A DNA stretch of 62,891 nt, the filler included, from Globobulimina sp. (taxonomy: Eukaryota), in assembly GCA_003354225.1 (NCBI GenBank). It is 14 parts of 14 records of this genome, joined end to end, with 100 filler letters (N's around TTAATTAATTAA, not from the genome) between each part and the next. Parts side by side here need not be neighbours in the genome. Positions count along the whole stretch, not along the records: positions 58,501 to 62,891 come from PIVH01001287.1; 13 more parts are not named here. One strand, given 5' to 3'. Positions 61,094 through 62,891 of the stretch are shown piece after piece. The first letter of the stretch is position 1, and every line of letters begins with the position of its first letter. A program made the translations under genes and the position numbers. Under the pieces are notes generated by a model. It was given only the letters and a program-made list of their open reading frames with translations. It was not told the DNA's origin and did not search any database.

Positions 61094-62677
61094 ATGTCAG
61101 ATGTAGCTAGCTTATTACTAGAGATCGAAACCGCACACAAAGCAAATAACACTTCCAATTCACCACAATCACACTCACCACCACAATCCAAATCATTTTT
61201 AGGAAGCTTATTTGATAATGATGACGACGACATTGATAATTTAATAAAATCAAACAACAATGAAAAAAGCATAAAACCAACACCAGACATTTCATTATGC
61301 ACAACAGGGAAATCATGCATTATTCATGATGATCCATCAAAAAATCACTCAAATTCGAATAATGATTTGTTTCCAATTAAATCCATTCCAAACCAAGAAA
61401 TATTGACTGATAAATACGACATTCGACATAGTTTCTCATCATTCGATATGAAAGAAATAATATCCACGCAACAGCGATTAGACACAAATAAAGCTATTTA
61501 TTCCAAACAATGGCAAGACGATAATGAGTGGCATCTGCGCGACGAGAAATTATTATTAATGCAAGAAAATGCGCAATGTACAATCACTGAATTGCAACAC
61601 CAACGATATGTTGACTTGAAAAATAAAAATAAAACAGGTCAATATTTCTATTCATAATATAATTTATTTGCAATTTTGTGTATTAATTTGGTATCAACGC
61701 AGTAAGAAAGCAGCATGATTCGAAAGTGGATAATTAAGTTTTTGACATAATAAAATTTACAGTTTGATTTCCATCGATATTTTGAACCAATTTCCAAACA
61801 AAAATAAACAGATTCAACAGTGAATAAAGTGACTGGATATAGCATTGACTATTTTGTGCCGCATAGCTTATTACGGCCACGCACCAAAATGGAGCATGCA
61901 TTGATGGAGAAAGTGGCAATGTGGGCGGTTGAGAAAGGCATTCAGTTCGAATCAATGATTAAAATCAAACAAACGAATAATCCAAAATTTGCCTTCTTAA
62001 CTACAGCACACAAATTACATTCTTATTATACATTTTTAAAGCAACGCATAAAAACACCACATTTATTCACACAAAAAAGTGATAAAAAAGTGACAGAAAC
62101 AGTTAAAGTTAAACCAATGGACGCTGCAAAGTCCATTGCTTCGCATTTTTTAACATATTATTCGGATGATTCTGACTGTGATAATTCTGAGTCGTCCTCG
62201 CATCATTCAAATAGTAATAGTAACAGTGATAAATGTGATAATACGATGAGGGAGAGATCATATTCCAATTCAAGGTCAAAAAGTAGGTCGAGATCGAGGT
62301 CAATAACACCTATTTTAGCGACAAAGCGGAGCGGGAAGAATAGCAAAAGGAGGAAAGCGATGGAGATGGAAAGGAGGAAAACGAGATCATTTTCAAGGTC
62401 ACTGTCACGGTCAAGGTCAAGATCGAGGTCATTGAGCAGGAGCAGGAGGAGGAGGTATAGGAGAAGTCGGAGCAGATCTTTTTCATCGATGTCATCGTAT
62501 TCATCTTCAGTCGATTCATTTTATAGGGATAGAAAAGGAAAAGCATCGAAAAAGAGACGTGATAAAAGAAGAAATTATCGATATTCACGATCACGATCAA
62601 GGTCAAGGTCACGATCGCGAGGTGAATATAGGAAAGAATCAAAAAGAAGATATGGAAGGAATTACAAAAATTATTGA
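61094..62677 (+). CDS. SFSWAP: Suppressor-of-white-apricot-like splicing factor (DRY_EERY + SURP + RS domains); intron 61638-61811
   Basis: GKSCIIHDD..LTDKYDIR..LQHQRYVDL (DRY_EERY-like); EKVA.W...G.QFE.MI....NPKFAFL....LHSYY (SURP); RS-rich tail; the splice joins both ORFs in frame. Confidence 0.75.
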
Positions 62678-62891
62678 AATGTATACATGATATTGTTGCT
62701 TTTTTATATTTTATGTTGTTCGAATTCATCGTAGCAATGAATGTTTGATTGAGTTGATTTCCTATTTAGAAACCTAGGCTATTCAGCACGATTTAGCAAC
62801 TAATCAGATTACCCAGCGCCTCAAACCAAACAACTGAAAAACTTAATAAAATGCAAACTTTGCCAAAACAAAAAGAGAAAGCTAACAGTAT

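Noticed and set aside
3480-61094. TGACA/TGTCA as a general promoter motif
   Set aside because: Seen upstream of several genes but not clearly above chance for a 5-mer.
1-62891. tRNA or rRNA genes
   Set aside because: None recognised by eye; a covariance-model scan would be needed to exclude them.

Overview
This is not one locus. It is 14 unlinked contigs of 4407 to 4391 bp, sorted by decreasing length and joined by 13 artificial 100-bp spacers (44 N + TTAATTAATTAA + 44 N), so gene order across spacers means nothing. The DNA is AT-rich, gene-dense eukaryotic nuclear sequence in the standard code, with short (mostly about 54-80 nt) spliceosomal introns. The gene families and style suggest a rhizarian or foraminiferan-like protist (inference only). 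Recognisable genes: PLS/E-type PPR protein, SET methyltransferase, cAMP-receptor-like GPCR, S10 serine carboxypeptidase, two tandem RasGEFs, histidine phosphatase, 2OG-Fe(II) oxygenase, SMP-30/gluconolactonase, Serinc, TLC protein, alpha/beta hydrolase, a DH-PH-FYVE-SH2-like-SH3-SAM RhoGEF, Myb-like, ankyrin, cellular RNA-dependent RNA polymerase, GH18 chitinase, SGNH hydrolase, OSCA, a large Cys-rich secreted protein, PI3K and SFSWAP. The most notable signals: (1) an RNAi RdRP with an intact catalytic motif but one in-frame TAG inside the conserved QIRYGGxKG motif; (2) contig 9013-13417 has exact 119-bp terminal direct repeats (4286-bp circle or collapsed tandem unit) and is a mosaic of truncated genes plus a telomere-like C-rich tract; (3) a short repeat family on two contigs with TC...CTAG unit borders and subterminal inverted repeats; (4) a plant-editing-type PPR-E protein in a non-plant. 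Assembly or amplification artefacts cannot be excluded for (1) and (2).
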